Virus record (IMG/VR): IMGVR_UViG_3300017706_001678
Location: 1-58,312 of that record
DNA length: 58,312 bases
Direction: 5' to 3' (one strand)
Origin: a virus
Taxonomy: Duplodnaviria; Caudoviricetes
Shown here: positions 1 through 9,634 of the stretch, piece after piece
Position numbering within the stretch: position 1 is the first letter of the stretch
Layout of the letters: every line of letters begins with the position of its first letter
Notes under the pieces: generated by a model
The model's database searches: none
Told to the model about the DNA's origin: nothing
The model's input: the letters and a program-made list of their open reading frames with translations, nothing else
Program-made: the position numbers and the translations under genes

Positions 1-1
1 C

Positions 2-265
2 GGTGACTACGCAGTAGTCGGTTATAAGGGTACAAACCCATATGACGCAGGTTTCTTCTACTGCCCATACGTTCCACTCCAGATGGTAAGAGCTGTCGAT
101 CACGACACCTTCCAGCCAAAGATCGGGTTCAAGACTCGATACGGTATGGTTGCCAACCCATTTGCCGAGAGCACAACTCTTGGTACACTCGGTGGAAACC
201 AGTACTACCGCATCTTCGCAGTCAAGAACCTCCACGGTTTTGCTGCTGGTGGTACAACTGGTTGA
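2..265 (+). CDS. gp23: Major capsid protein gp23, C-terminal fragment (5' end outside window)
   Basis: Frame open from base 2: GDYAVVGYKGTNPYDAGFFYCPYVPLQMVRAVDHDTFQPKIGFKTRYGMVANPF, the hallmark T4-like gp23 C-terminus. Confidence 0.97.
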   Translation, partial: GDYAVVGYKGTNPYDAGFFYCPYVPLQMVRAVDHDTFQPKIGFKTRYGMVANPFAESTTLGTLGGNQYYRIFAVKNLHGFAAGGTTG

Positions 266-287
266 TAGTCCAGTTAAGAACGAAAAG

Positions 288-317
288 GGAGCACTCTTCG
301 GAGTGCTCCTTTTTTTT
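288..317 (+). terminator. Rho-independent terminator after gp23
   Basis: Perfect 9-bp stem GGAGCACTC/GAGTGCTCC with a C(UUCG)G tetraloop, followed by T8. Confidence 0.93.
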
Positions 318-318
318 G

Positions 319-326
319 TATAAATA
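319..326 (+). promoter_or_regulatory. T4-type late promoter (gp55-dependent)
   Basis: Exact TATAAATA just upstream of the gp3-like ATG at 332. Confidence 0.8.
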
Positions 327-331
327 GTAAT

Positions 332-847
332 ATGAGCAACGACCCTAGACATCTTGGTAACACACCTAGCACTTCTAATTTACTGACAGCAAATCAGTTT
401 AAATTTAATACATCCAGAATTCCAATTCTTTCGAATTATGTTACTGGAGTAAACGTTCCTTCTATTGAATTTATTAGTGCTGATTTAAATACTGCGTTTG
501 GTGTTAACATACCAACAGCCTCGGGTAAGTTCATTTTTGAAGATTTAACTCTTTCCTTTTTGGTTGACGAAGAACTAGAAAGTTGGAGAGAAATATATGA
601 GTGGCTAAGGCGTCTTGGTCCTATGAATGATGAATCACAAGATGATATGTACAATGATTGTAATATATCAACTACAGTTGGCGAATTAATTATATTAAAC
701 AGTGCATATAAACCAAAGTATACTTACAGTTTTTATAATATGTTTCCTATATCACTAACTGGGTTTTCTTTTACAACAACATCGGCAGATAGCATTCAGC
801 TATCTTCTTCTGTGACTTTTCGTTATTCGTATTATGATATAACGTGA
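332..847 (+). CDS. gp3: Tail completion / tail-tube terminator protein (gp3-like)
   Basis: NLLTANQFKF...VNVPSI...FEDLTLSFLVDEEL...FPISL...VTFRY tail-tube-fold motifs; gp23-gp3-uvsY-uvsW synteny. Confidence 0.82.
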   Translation: MSNDPRHLGNTPSTSNLLTANQFKFNTSRIPILSNYVTGVNVPSIEFISADLNTAFGVNIPTASGKFIFEDLTLSFLVDEELESWREIYEWLRRLGPMNDESQDDMYNDCNISTTVGELIILNSAYKPKYTYSFYNMFPISLTGFSFTTTSADSIQLSSSVTFRYSYYDIT

Positions 848-872
848 TATAAATTTACATGATGGAGAATGT

Positions 873-1307
873 ATGGATATTGAAACTCTTCGCAATATGG
901 TGAAAGCAGATATTGGAATAGACGAAACTGATTTAAATTCAGAATCACTTAAAACCCCACAGTTACACAACAAATACTTAGTCATGCACGAAAACTCCAA
1001 GTTAGAATTGGAAAAGCTATCGTTTCAAGAAAAAGTAATGAAACGAGACAAGTGGTTGTATTATAGTGGTAAAATGGGAGATGATGATTTAAAACGAAAT
1101 AATTGGGATCCATTTGAACATGTAATACTTAAAACAGATATTCCTATGTTTTTGGATTCTGATATAGAAATGCAACAAATACGAGCAAAGATATCACTAC
1201 AGACATCTGTAGTTTCTTATCTAGAACAAGTCATAAAAATTATAACAGGTAGACAGTGGAATATTAAATCTGCAATAGAATGGATTAAATTTACACAGGG
1301 TGTTTGA
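873..1307 (+). CDS. uvsY: Recombination mediator protein UvsY
   Basis: ESLKTPQLHNKYL...KWLYYSGK...RQWNIKSAIEWIKF; 144 aa; directly upstream of uvsW. Confidence 0.9.
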   Translation: MDIETLRNMVKADIGIDETDLNSESLKTPQLHNKYLVMHENSKLELEKLSFQEKVMKRDKWLYYSGKMGDDDLKRNNWDPFEHVILKTDIPMFLDSDIEMQQIRAKISLQTSVVSYLEQVIKIITGRQWNIKSAIEWIKFTQGV

Positions 1308-2779
1308 TGGATTTAACTATACGACAAAAAGATGCAGTTAATCTGTTTATAGAATGTGAAAAGTCAGTAGCAAAAGAACTGAATCAGTACTTTACTTTTT
1401 ACGTTCCTAATTATCAATATACACCAGCATATAAAAAGAAAATATGGGATGGTCAAATAAGACTATTCAATTTGTATTCTAGAAACATATATGCTGGTTT
1501 ATTTGATTATGTCAAAAAGTTTGCAGAAGACAGAAAGTATAGTATAGAGATTGACAGTGAAAAATTACTAGAATCTGAAGACTATACGATGGATGAGTTT
1601 GGTGAATTTATCAAGTCACTCAAGTTGAAATTAAAACCACATCCACACCAACTAAAGGCTTGTTATCAAGCAATGAAAACCAAACGCTGTCTACTACTAT
1701 CACCCACCGGTAGTGGCAAGTCTTTGATTATATACATGTTAGTTCGAGATGCAATAATGCGTTTAAATGACAACGAAAAAGTTTTAATCGTAGTTCCAAC
1801 GGTAGGATTGGTAACTCAGCTTTACAAGGACTTTGAGGACTACTCAGCTGGTACGTGGGACGTTGCAAACAATGTACATACTATTTTTTCTGGTGCAGAA
1901 AAACAAACTGCCAAGAAAATAGTTGTATCTACTTGGCAAAGCCTCTATAATATGCCTAAACAGTTTTTCGATCAGTTCGGAGCTGTATTTGGAGATGAGT
2001 GTCACTTGTTTAAAGCAAAGTCCCTAACATCACTAATGACTAAGTTGACTGATGCCCACTATCGAATTGGTACTACAGGAACACTTGATGGCACACTAAC
2101 CCATAAGTTAGTAATCGAAGGTCTGTTTGGTCCTGTATATAATGTAACATCTACCAAGAAGTTAATTGAAAAGAAACTACTTACTGATGTTGAAATAGAA
2201 TGTCTCATACTCGATTATGACGATAAAGTTAAAAGTGATATGAAACGAATTGCATATCAAGACGAACTTAATTTTATAATCACGAGTAAAACAAGAAACA
2301 ACTTTATTCGTGATTTGACACTCAATTTAAAAGGTAATAGTTTACTCCTTTTTAATTTTGTAGATCTACATGGTAAAGTATTACATGAAATGATAAAAGA
2401 AAAAGCACCAGATAGAAATGTGTTTTTCATTTATGGGGGGACCGATGCAGAACAAAGAGAAAACATTCGTGGTATTTTAAGTGATGAAGAAAATGCAATT
2501 CTTATTGCATCTTACGGAACTTGTTCTACGGGAATTAATATTCCAAGTATTGCAAATGTGATATTTTCTTCTCCATCCAAGTCAGTTATTCGTGTTCTTC
2601 AATCTATTGGTCGTGGGTTAAGAAAATCTGAAGGTAAGGGCAAAACTAAAGTTTACGATATATCAGATGATCTTTGTTATAAAAGTTATACAAACCACAC
2701 AATGAGACATTTAGATGAACGAGTTAGAATATATAATAATGAGAAGTTTAGTTACACACTGAAAAGAATAAAGGTATGA
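1307..2779 (+). CDS. uvsW: UvsW DNA helicase (SF2)
   Basis: WDGQIRLF, SPTGSGKS (Walker A), DECH, QSIGRGLR motifs. Confidence 0.96.
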   Translation: MDLTIRQKDAVNLFIECEKSVAKELNQYFTFYVPNYQYTPAYKKKIWDGQIRLFNLYSRNIYAGLFDYVKKFAEDRKYSIEIDSEKLLESEDYTMDEFGEFIKSLKLKLKPHPHQLKACYQAMKTKRCLLLSPTGSGKSLIIYMLVRDAIMRLNDNEKVLIVVPTVGLVTQLYKDFEDYSAGTWDVANNVHTIFSGAEKQTAKKIVVSTWQSLYNMPKQFFDQFGAVFGDECHLFKAKSLTSLMTKLTDAHYRIGTTGTLDGTLTHKLVIEGLFGPVYNVTSTKKLIEKKLLTDVEIECLILDYDDKVKSDMKRIAYQDELNFIITSKTRNNFIRDLTLNLKGNSLLLFNFVDLHGKVLHEMIKEKAPDRNVFFIYGGTDAEQRENIRGILSDEENAILIASYGTCSTGINIPSIANVIFSSPSKSVIRVLQSIGRGLRKSEGKGKTKVYDISDDLCYKSYTNHTMRHLDERVRIYNNEKFSYTLKRIKV

Positions 2780-2789
2780 GGAGATAGAT

Positions 2790-3383
2790 ATGGGTTCAAT
2801 TTACCGCATCCTAAAACTAAATACAGGTGACGAGCTAATCACCAGAATACAAAAAAGGCAGAATGGTAAAGTGTATATGGAGACACCCATGTGTTTTAGA
2901 ACTATAGTTATGTCTGATCCTGTGTCTGGTATGCAAAAAGAAATAACAATACTCAAAGATTGGGTATCCTACAGTTCAGACAAGTTTGTCAAGATACCAG
3001 AAAATATTATAGTCTCTTACAATAGACCTATAGAGGAGGTAGTTTCTCTATATGAAAAAGAAAAAGAAAAAAAACTGAATACTAAGAAGAGAGAGATTAA
3101 GAACATTGATACCTTTCAGAATGAAATGAAAGATAATGTACAGCAAATGTTAGATGAAATGATGGATAGGGTAGACTCAGAAGAGGCTAGCATGAATCCC
3201 CCACAGACGTTAGATGATTTGATAAATCAAATAAATTCTATGGGTACATCTTCTTTTGAGTTTGATCTTGAGTTTGAAATACCATCAGAAGAAATAAGTG
3301 ATGATACTACTGAAAAAGAAATCAACCATCCTGATTATGGTAATAGATGGACTGATTGGAGTTCAGATACAAGAGAGTATTAA
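2790..3383 (+). CDS. Hypothetical protein with Sm-like N-terminus and acidic C-terminus
   Basis: YRILKLNTGDELI N-terminus resembles ORFs found between uvsW and gp55 in T4-like phages; GAGGAG SD upstream. Confidence 0.65.
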   Translation: MGSIYRILKLNTGDELITRIQKRQNGKVYMETPMCFRTIVMSDPVSGMQKEITILKDWVSYSSDKFVKIPENIIVSYNRPIEEVVSLYEKEKEKKLNTKKREIKNIDTFQNEMKDNVQQMLDEMMDRVDSEEASMNPPQTLDDLINQINSMGTSSFEFDLEFEIPSEEISDDTTEKEINHPDYGNRWTDWSSDTREY

Positions 3384-3412
3384 TACTACTCTTTTTAACT
3401 CGTTACACTCGG

Positions 3413-3440
3413 ATTTTACAGGTACTTTATAATATGTCAA
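3413..3440 (-). promoter_or_regulatory. Putative sigma70-type promoter on the minus strand, divergent from gp55
   Basis: Reverse complement reads TTGACA-N16-TAAAAT within a 66-bp intergenic gap. Confidence 0.4.
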
Positions 3441-3449
3441 GGAAAAAAC

Positions 3450-3977
3450 ATGAGTAATAATTACATAGATAATAAGAAGTTTTTTGCGGAAATGAGTGAG
3501 TGGAAATTAAAAGTAATTGAACTCGCAGAACAGGGAGAAGGTAAGCCTCCCATTAACGAATATATCGGTGAGTGTTTTTGGAAGATAGCAGAGCACTTAT
3601 CATTTAAGTCAAACTTTGCTAATTATCCATTCAGAGAAGACATGATTGGTGATGCAGTAGAAAACTGCCTAATGTATGCACATAACTTTGACCCAGAAAA
3701 GTCAAAGAATCCGTTTTCATATTTTACACAAATAACGTATTATGCCTTTATACGAAGAATAGAAAAAGAAAAGAAACAAAACTTCATAAAGTATAAACTA
3801 TTAAAGAGTATGGATACTGGTGGATCTTTGACTTCTTGGTTGAAAAATAATAACTTTGATGAAGAACAAAATCCAGAAAGTCATCTTGCTGATTACTTTT
3901 CTCTATCAAAAAATGATATAGAAAAATTTGACACTAAAAAGAAAAGCAAAAAGAATGAAAATAGCGATCCTAAATGA
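3450..3977 (+). CDS. gp55: Late-transcription sigma factor gp55
   Basis: NYIDNKKF...YIGECFWKIA...NFANYPFREDMIGDAVENCL...FDPEKSKNPFSYFTQITYYAFIRRIEKEKKQ. Confidence 0.96.
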   Translation: MSNNYIDNKKFFAEMSEWKLKVIELAEQGEGKPPINEYIGECFWKIAEHLSFKSNFANYPFREDMIGDAVENCLMYAHNFDPEKSKNPFSYFTQITYYAFIRRIEKEKKQNFIKYKLLKSMDTGGSLTSWLKNNNFDEEQNPESHLADYFSLSKNDIEKFDTKKKSKKNENSDPK

Positions 3978-4983
3978 TACTCACTTTGGTGCTCGGAATG
4001 ATTCTTCAGTATTTTTAAATTACTTTTTTAAATTCTTCGACGAGGTATTTTTTCCTTACATAGAAGAAAATGAAATAACTACAATTCTACATCTAGGCGA
4101 TTTGATGGATAGAAGAAAGTATGTTAATTTCAATACTCTTACTCAAGTAAACACTCGGTTTTTCGATAAGTTAGATAAACTTGGTATTGATTTACATATG
4201 CTTCTTGGTAACCACGACACATTTTATAGAAATACCAACGAAGTAAATTCACCGAAACAATTGTTTTCTCATTATAATTCATTTCATTTATATGAAGAAT
4301 GTAAGTTATTAGATTTCGACGGTCTTTCTATAGGAATGGTTCCTTGGATATGCTCACAAAATAAAGATTCGGTTTTAGATTTTATTAAAAATACCACTTG
4401 TCCTATTTTATGTGGTCATTTTGAATTGAATAATTATGAAGTTCTTCGTGGAGTTAAGTTTTCTGGTGGGATGGACGATTCTTTTCTTGGTAGATTCGAA
4501 CAGGTTTTGAGTGGCCACTTCCATAATAAATCAGAAAATAAAAATGTAAAATATCTTGGAACACAATATGAAATAACATTTTCTGACATGAATGATATGA
4601 AAGGTTTTCATGTATTAGATACAAACACTAGAGAATTGACGTTTGTTGAAAATCCCGATAGGATGTTTTATTCGATAAACCCAGAAGATGATATTTTTGA
4701 TTATTCTGTTTTTTCTAATAAGTATGTTAAACTCATAGTAACTTCTGATTGTAAAAGATCTATAGTAGATGAAAAAATTAGAAAAATTGAACATGAAAAT
4801 CCTTACGAGTTCACTATAATAGAAGATATATCATTGAATCAAACAGAAAAAGATCCTGTTGATTTATCTAAAGATACTCTTAGCATTATAAATGAAGAAA
4901 TAGATAGTTTAGAAATTGATATAAATACAGGTGTACTTAAAAAATTAGCAAATGAAATATATTTGGAGGCTCTAGATCAATGA
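3955..4983 (+). CDS. gp47: Recombination endonuclease subunit gp47 (Mre11/SbcD-like)
   Basis: Metallophosphoesterase motifs DTHFG, LGDLMDRR, GNHD, GHFH; probable start at MKIAIL (3955). Confidence 0.95.
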   Translation: MKIAILNDTHFGARNDSSVFLNYFFKFFDEVFFPYIEENEITTILHLGDLMDRRKYVNFNTLTQVNTRFFDKLDKLGIDLHMLLGNHDTFYRNTNEVNSPKQLFSHYNSFHLYEECKLLDFDGLSIGMVPWICSQNKDSVLDFIKNTTCPILCGHFELNNYEVLRGVKFSGGMDDSFLGRFEQVLSGHFHNKSENKNVKYLGTQYEITFSDMNDMKGFHVLDTNTRELTFVENPDRMFYSINPEDDIFDYSVFSNKYVKLIVTSDCKRSIVDEKIRKIEHENPYEFTIIEDISLNQTEKDPVDLSKDTLSIINEEIDSLEIDINTGVLKKLANEIYLEALDQ

Positions 4984-5591
4984 ACAACGGAAATTTTTAC
5001 TATAGTGATTTTACAGTGCGGGGATCCAAACCTGTTGGAACAGAAGATGGCTACATTGTCGTTGCATCCCAAAGATACAAAATGGGACAAATTATTGAAG
5101 AATGTGTAACAAAACCAATATCATCTACATTAGAATCTTTTTATTCTGGTGATGAGGTCAAAGACAACGAATTGTTGGATGGTTTGGTATATACCCCAGA
5201 CCCAGACACAGACACAACAAAACTGTCACTGGTTGGAGGAAATTTTTCTTTATATCGGTTTTATCCAGACAACAACGCAGTATATCAACACGATAATAGA
5301 TTTGGTGTTGTAACTATTCGTGCTATTAAAGACATTGCAGTTGGTGAGGAGATAACATTCTATCCAATTCTCCCAGATGAAAAGGAAACTTCAATGCCAA
5401 GAAAAATAGAAAAGAAAGGTTGTGGGTGTGGTAAAAAACGAACTTCAGGAGAAACTCCAAAGTCATTACCTAATCCTAATTTCGGTGCCCCCAAAATACT
5501 GCGAGATAAGAAAAACGATCCAGTAAAACGTGGTGAATTTAAATCGATGGTAAACAATAAAGAATTGGATTCTATTAAAGTAGATAAATGA
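4980..5591 (+). CDS. Divergent SET-domain protein with basic tail containing KKGCGCGKKR
   Basis: GYIVVASQRYKMGQIIEEC and IRAIKDIAVGEEITFY match SET N- and C-terminal signatures; the NHS motif is replaced by RFY. Confidence 0.6.
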   Translation: MNNGNFYYSDFTVRGSKPVGTEDGYIVVASQRYKMGQIIEECVTKPISSTLESFYSGDEVKDNELLDGLVYTPDPDTDTTKLSLVGGNFSLYRFYPDNNAVYQHDNRFGVVTIRAIKDIAVGEEITFYPILPDEKETSMPRKIEKKGCGCGKKRTSGETPKSLPNPNFGAPKILRDKKNDPVKRGEFKSMVNNKELDSIKVDK

Positions 5592-7303
5592 TAACATTTA
5601 AAACTGTGAAATTTAAAAATTTTGGTTCGTTTGGTAATTACTTTACAGAGATAGATTTTTGTAGTGACAACATGACTTTAGTTTCCGGATCAAATGGTCA
5701 CGGTAAATCATATGCTCTTCTTGATTCTATTACATTTGCTTTGTTTGGTAAACCATTTCGAAAAATAAATATTCCTCAACTTATTAATACGATGAATAAT
5801 AAAGATTGTGTTGTTCATTTAAAGTTTGAGATATACGAAGATGAATATGAAATTGTTCGTGGGTTAAAACCCAAAAAATTTGAAATCCGTAAGAATGGTG
5901 AATTGATGGAACAGTCTGCAAAGGCTAAAGACTATCAAAAATTACTAGAAGAACAGATTTTAAAAATGAATTATAAATCGTTTACCCAGATTGTCACATT
6001 AGGTAGTTCTTCTTTTGTTCCATTTATGCAGTTATCTGCAGTAGATAGACGAGAAGTAATCGAAGATATTTTGGATATTAATATTTTTAGTTGTATGAAT
6101 CAGATAATCAAAGCAAAGTTGTCTATGGTTAAAAATGTGGTTCGGGAATTAGAAAATTCGATTGAGGTATTGAGCGAAAAAATTAATGTACAAGAACAAA
6201 CTATACAGTCTTTTTCTGAGAAGAAAAAAGAAACAGAATCTAATCTTACAAATAAGATTGATCAACTTAAAATTGAGATCCAACAGTTTACAGATGAATT
6301 AGAAATATTGAATGACTCATTATCTCCTTATACTAATGTCGAAGCTAATCAAGGTAAGATAAAAAGTAAAATGAATAAATTTGAAAGTTCTATTGTTAGT
6401 TTAATAAAAGATAAAAAAAAGCATATCTCTTCGGTTTCGTTTTATGCTGACAATAGCACATGTCCTACTTGCAGTCAGAAAATTACAAACGAACTTAAAA
6501 CAGATAAGCTGTCTACTCTAGATGAATCTATATTAGAAATAGAGTCTAATATATCAACTTTCAAAGAAGATTATTCTGAGTTAAAAAGTTCTCTGGAAGA
6601 ATTGAATCAGGAATTTTTAGTATCAAAAAACATAGAAGCAAACATCAGAGAAAAGAATAACGAAATAAATGCGGCTAATAAATATATGAATTCGTTAATA
6701 GAATCTACTTCAGAAGAAAGTGGATTCGAAGACAGCATAACAGAATGTGAAAATAAAAAACAAAAGTACGTTGAAGAAAAAACTTTATCTCTTGAACGTA
6801 CAGAAAAACAAAAGAATCTAAAATCTAATCTTGATGTTCTGTTTATGTTACTGAAAGATTCTGGAATTAAGGCAAAGATTATTAAGAATTACCTACCGGT
6901 AATAAATGACATTATAAATACTTACCTTAACCGCATGAACTTTTTCGTTTCGTTTACTCTAGACGAAGAGTTTAATGAAGAGATAAAAAGCCGACATAGA
7001 GATACATTCAGTTATATGAATTTTAGTGAGGGCGAAAAATCTAGGATAGATCTAGCCATTCTTTTGGCTTGGAGGAAGATTGCAAAAATAAAAAATAGTG
7101 CCCATTGTAATCTTCTTATACTAGATGAAATTTTTGATTCTTCTTTAGATTCTGTTGGGGTTGATGATTTGATGAAAGTCCTTCGTGATTTGTCAGAAGA
7201 AAGTAATATTTTTGTAATAACACACAAAAGTGATCAGCTAGCAGATAGGTTTAATAATAGTATGACATTTTTCAAGAACAATAATTTTAGTAGAATGAAA
7301 TGA
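5588..7303 (+). CDS. gp46: Recombination exonuclease ATPase subunit gp46 (Rad50/SbcC-like)
   Basis: GSNGHGKS Walker A, CPTC zinc hook, FSEGEK signature, LILDE Walker B, coiled coils. Confidence 0.96.
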   Translation: MITFKTVKFKNFGSFGNYFTEIDFCSDNMTLVSGSNGHGKSYALLDSITFALFGKPFRKINIPQLINTMNNKDCVVHLKFEIYEDEYEIVRGLKPKKFEIRKNGELMEQSAKAKDYQKLLEEQILKMNYKSFTQIVTLGSSSFVPFMQLSAVDRREVIEDILDINIFSCMNQIIKAKLSMVKNVVRELENSIEVLSEKINVQEQTIQSFSEKKKETESNLTNKIDQLKIEIQQFTDELEILNDSLSPYTNVEANQGKIKSKMNKFESSIVSLIKDKKKHISSVSFYADNSTCPTCSQKITNELKTDKLSTLDESILEIESNISTFKEDYSELKSSLEELNQEFLVSKNIEANIREKNNEINAANKYMNSLIESTSEESGFEDSITECENKKQKYVEEKTLSLERTEKQKNLKSNLDVLFMLLKDSGIKAKIIKNYLPVINDIINTYLNRMNFFVSFTLDEEFNEEIKSRHRDTFSYMNFSEGEKSRIDLAILLAWRKIAKIKNSAHCNLLILDEIFDSSLDSVGVDDLMKVLRDLSEESNIFVITHKSDQLADRFNNSMTFFKNNNFSRMK

Positions 7304-8061
7304 GTCCATCATTATTTGAAGATGAATTATTTGATATAGGTGATTGGGAAGACTCAAATCCAAAACCTATAATAAAGCATTATCAGGGATTTAACGTAGT
7401 CCGTGATGACATGCTTGGTGGTGGATCAAAGGTTCGATTTGCAGATTATTTGATTAATTCAAATCCGGAGGTGGAAGAATGGGTATATGGAAGTTCACCC
7501 GCAACTGGGTACGCACAAATTTCTCTTACTTGTCTGTGTAATAACTATGGTAAGAAATCTGTTTTGTTTATGGCAAAACGAGATAGAAAAAATTTACATT
7601 CTTATCAGTTGCGTGCAGAAGAACTTGGTGCTATAATTAACTGGATCCCAAACGGGATGCTTAGTGTGACTGAAAAGCGAGCGAGAGATTATGTTGCAGA
7701 AGATCCAATACACCGTAGATTGCTTCCTATTGGCTTTGACCATCCTTCTGTTATCTCTTCCATCGTTAGGGTTGCTGGTAGTATGGATATTAAACCAACT
7801 GAAGTATGGAGCGTAGGATCAAGTGGAACACTCACAAGAGGATTACAAATTGCATGGCCAGAAGCCGAGTTTCATTGTGTGCGTGTGGGACATCGTGGCT
7901 CATATGGAAGAGCAAAAACCTATGATTCACCCTACCCCTTCAACAAACCAACGAAAGTCTTGCCCCCGTTTCCTTCAGCACCAACATACGACGCAAAAGC
8001 GTGGGAATTCATGAAGAAGTATGCTAGTCCCGGTGCTTTATTCTGGAACGTAGGAGGATAG
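7300..8061 (+). CDS. PLP-dependent enzyme, fold type II (ACC deaminase/D-cysteine desulfhydrase-like)
   Basis: VVRDDMLGGGSKVR (PLP lysine), VGSSGT phosphate loop, YDAKAW, LFWNVG. Confidence 0.8.
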   Translation: MSPSLFEDELFDIGDWEDSNPKPIIKHYQGFNVVRDDMLGGGSKVRFADYLINSNPEVEEWVYGSSPATGYAQISLTCLCNNYGKKSVLFMAKRDRKNLHSYQLRAEELGAIINWIPNGMLSVTEKRARDYVAEDPIHRRLLPIGFDHPSVISSIVRVAGSMDIKPTEVWSVGSSGTLTRGLQIAWPEAEFHCVRVGHRGSYGRAKTYDSPYPFNKPTKVLPPFPSAPTYDAKAWEFMKKYASPGALFWNVGG

Positions 8062-8062
8062 T

Positions 8063-9634
8063 GTGTATCAACGTAATGACTATATTATCAATCACAGTGT
8101 AAATGTAAACTTTGAAGATTTGCTAGAGATGACACCCGATCAGTTTAAAGATTGGGTTATTCTTATGAGAAAAACTTTTACTGAGATTTGGGACGATAAA
8201 GGATGTCCCCCAAGGACAGGAAAGTCGATAGAAGACATAATTAAAAAGTGGAACCTACTGGAGACCTTTCCAGTACATACGTATGAGCATACAGACGATC
8301 TGGGGACCTCTCAGGGGGATGTAATTATAAACAAGTCTCGTATTGGATCTGAGGTTGATCAGTTCTTTGAGAACATGTTCAAGACCAGAATCAATTATAC
8401 TGATACAGACAATGGATATTCCATTTATGATCTGGTGTCAGATCCAAATAGACTTGAGCAGGTCTATAAGGGGAGTCTTCGTCATTTTAGGCGAGACTCC
8501 TTTTATGACCATGCAGTTTCTGCATTAAAGAATAACAGAAAAGTTTCTGTAGTCTCTGTTTCTGATTCCAAAGAGTGGTTGAACGCTTTTTTTACTCGAC
8601 CAGAAATGTTCAAAGATACAGATTTTTTCTTGGAAGAAGTGAAACTACGTGATGGTTTAAGTAGTAGTTATAATCAAGTCGAACAATCAGATATCTTACA
8701 ACTAACAAAAGATCAAGTGTTAGAATGTAATGATAGTGGTCAGTTAAAATATAGACACCATTCCACATTTGATATTGAAAATATGCCTAATGATCGAGTA
8801 TATTCGATTCGTATTTATAAAAAGGGTGGTAAAGTTTTTCCGATTGGATTTAAGGCATTCAGAATTGGTTATATTCAACCTGCCGTAAACTTTCCTCCGG
8901 GAACTGCTAAATACTTATATGAGCGATACACCAAACCCGGTCAACATAAAATTAAAATTTACGACCCTTCTGCTGGATGGGGTGGTAGGATTTTGGGTGC
9001 TATGTCTGTTCGGGATAACCGTAATGTTCACTATATCGGTACTGATCCCAATCCTGATAATTTCTTCTCTGATGGAACTTCTCGTTACTCGCGTGCTGCA
9101 CATTTTTATAATTCTAAAACGTACAGAGGAAATTCATTCTTCTCCCACACAAATAGTTACGAGCTTTACCGACTCGGTTCAGAAGAAATAGGCAAAAATA
9201 AAGACTTTCTTAGGCATCGTGGTGACATCGATCTCGTATTTACATCGCCTCCATATTTTAATCGAGAGGCATATAGCGAGGACGAAAATCAATCCTACAA
9301 AAAATATGGCAGTACGTATGAGTCATGGCGAGATGGTTTTCTAAAACCTTCTTTACAAACGTGTTGTGATATGTTAAAATGTGGTGGATATCTCCTGTGG
9401 AATATAGCAGATATTCTAATCAAGGGTAAATATCTTCCTTTAGAAGAAGATTCTAGAAAATTTATAGAACAAAACGGATTAGTTTACGTTGATAAGTTAA
9501 AGATGGCTATGGAGGGAATGCCCGGACAAAACAGAGTTGGTGAAGATGGTAAGCCTAAATGTAAAAATTACTGCATGGTAAAAGGCAAATATTATAAATA
9601 TGAACCGGTATACGTCTTTAGGAAAGAACAATGA
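8063..9634 (+). CDS. Amino-DNA methyltransferase (N4-C/N6-A type) with long N-terminal region
   Basis: Motif I YDPSAGWGGR followed by motif IV DLVFTSPPYF; GTG start. Confidence 0.85.
   Translation: MYQRNDYIINHSVNVNFEDLLEMTPDQFKDWVILMRKTFTEIWDDKGCPPRTGKSIEDIIKKWNLLETFPVHTYEHTDDLGTSQGDVIINKSRIGSEVDQFFENMFKTRINYTDTDNGYSIYDLVSDPNRLEQVYKGSLRHFRRDSFYDHAVSALKNNRKVSVVSVSDSKEWLNAFFTRPEMFKDTDFFLEEVKLRDGLSSSYNQVEQSDILQLTKDQVLECNDSGQLKYRHHSTFDIENMPNDRVYSIRIYKKGGKVFPIGFKAFRIGYIQPAVNFPPGTAKYLYERYTKPGQHKIKIYDPSAGWGGRILGAMSVRDNRNVHYIGTDPNPDNFFSDGTSRYSRAAHFYNSKTYRGNSFFSHTNSYELYRLGSEEIGKNKDFLRHRGDIDLVFTSPPYFNREAYSEDENQSYKKYGSTYESWRDGFLKPSLQTCCDMLKCGGYLLWNIADILIKGKYLPLEEDSRKFIEQNGLVYVDKLKMAMEGMPGQNRVGEDGKPKCKNYCMVKGKYYKYEPVYVFRKEQ

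Noticed and set aside
7300-8061. A true ACC deaminase (plant-hormone-related AMG)
   Set aside because: Only fold-level motifs are shared; the protein is short and its context is DNA metabolism
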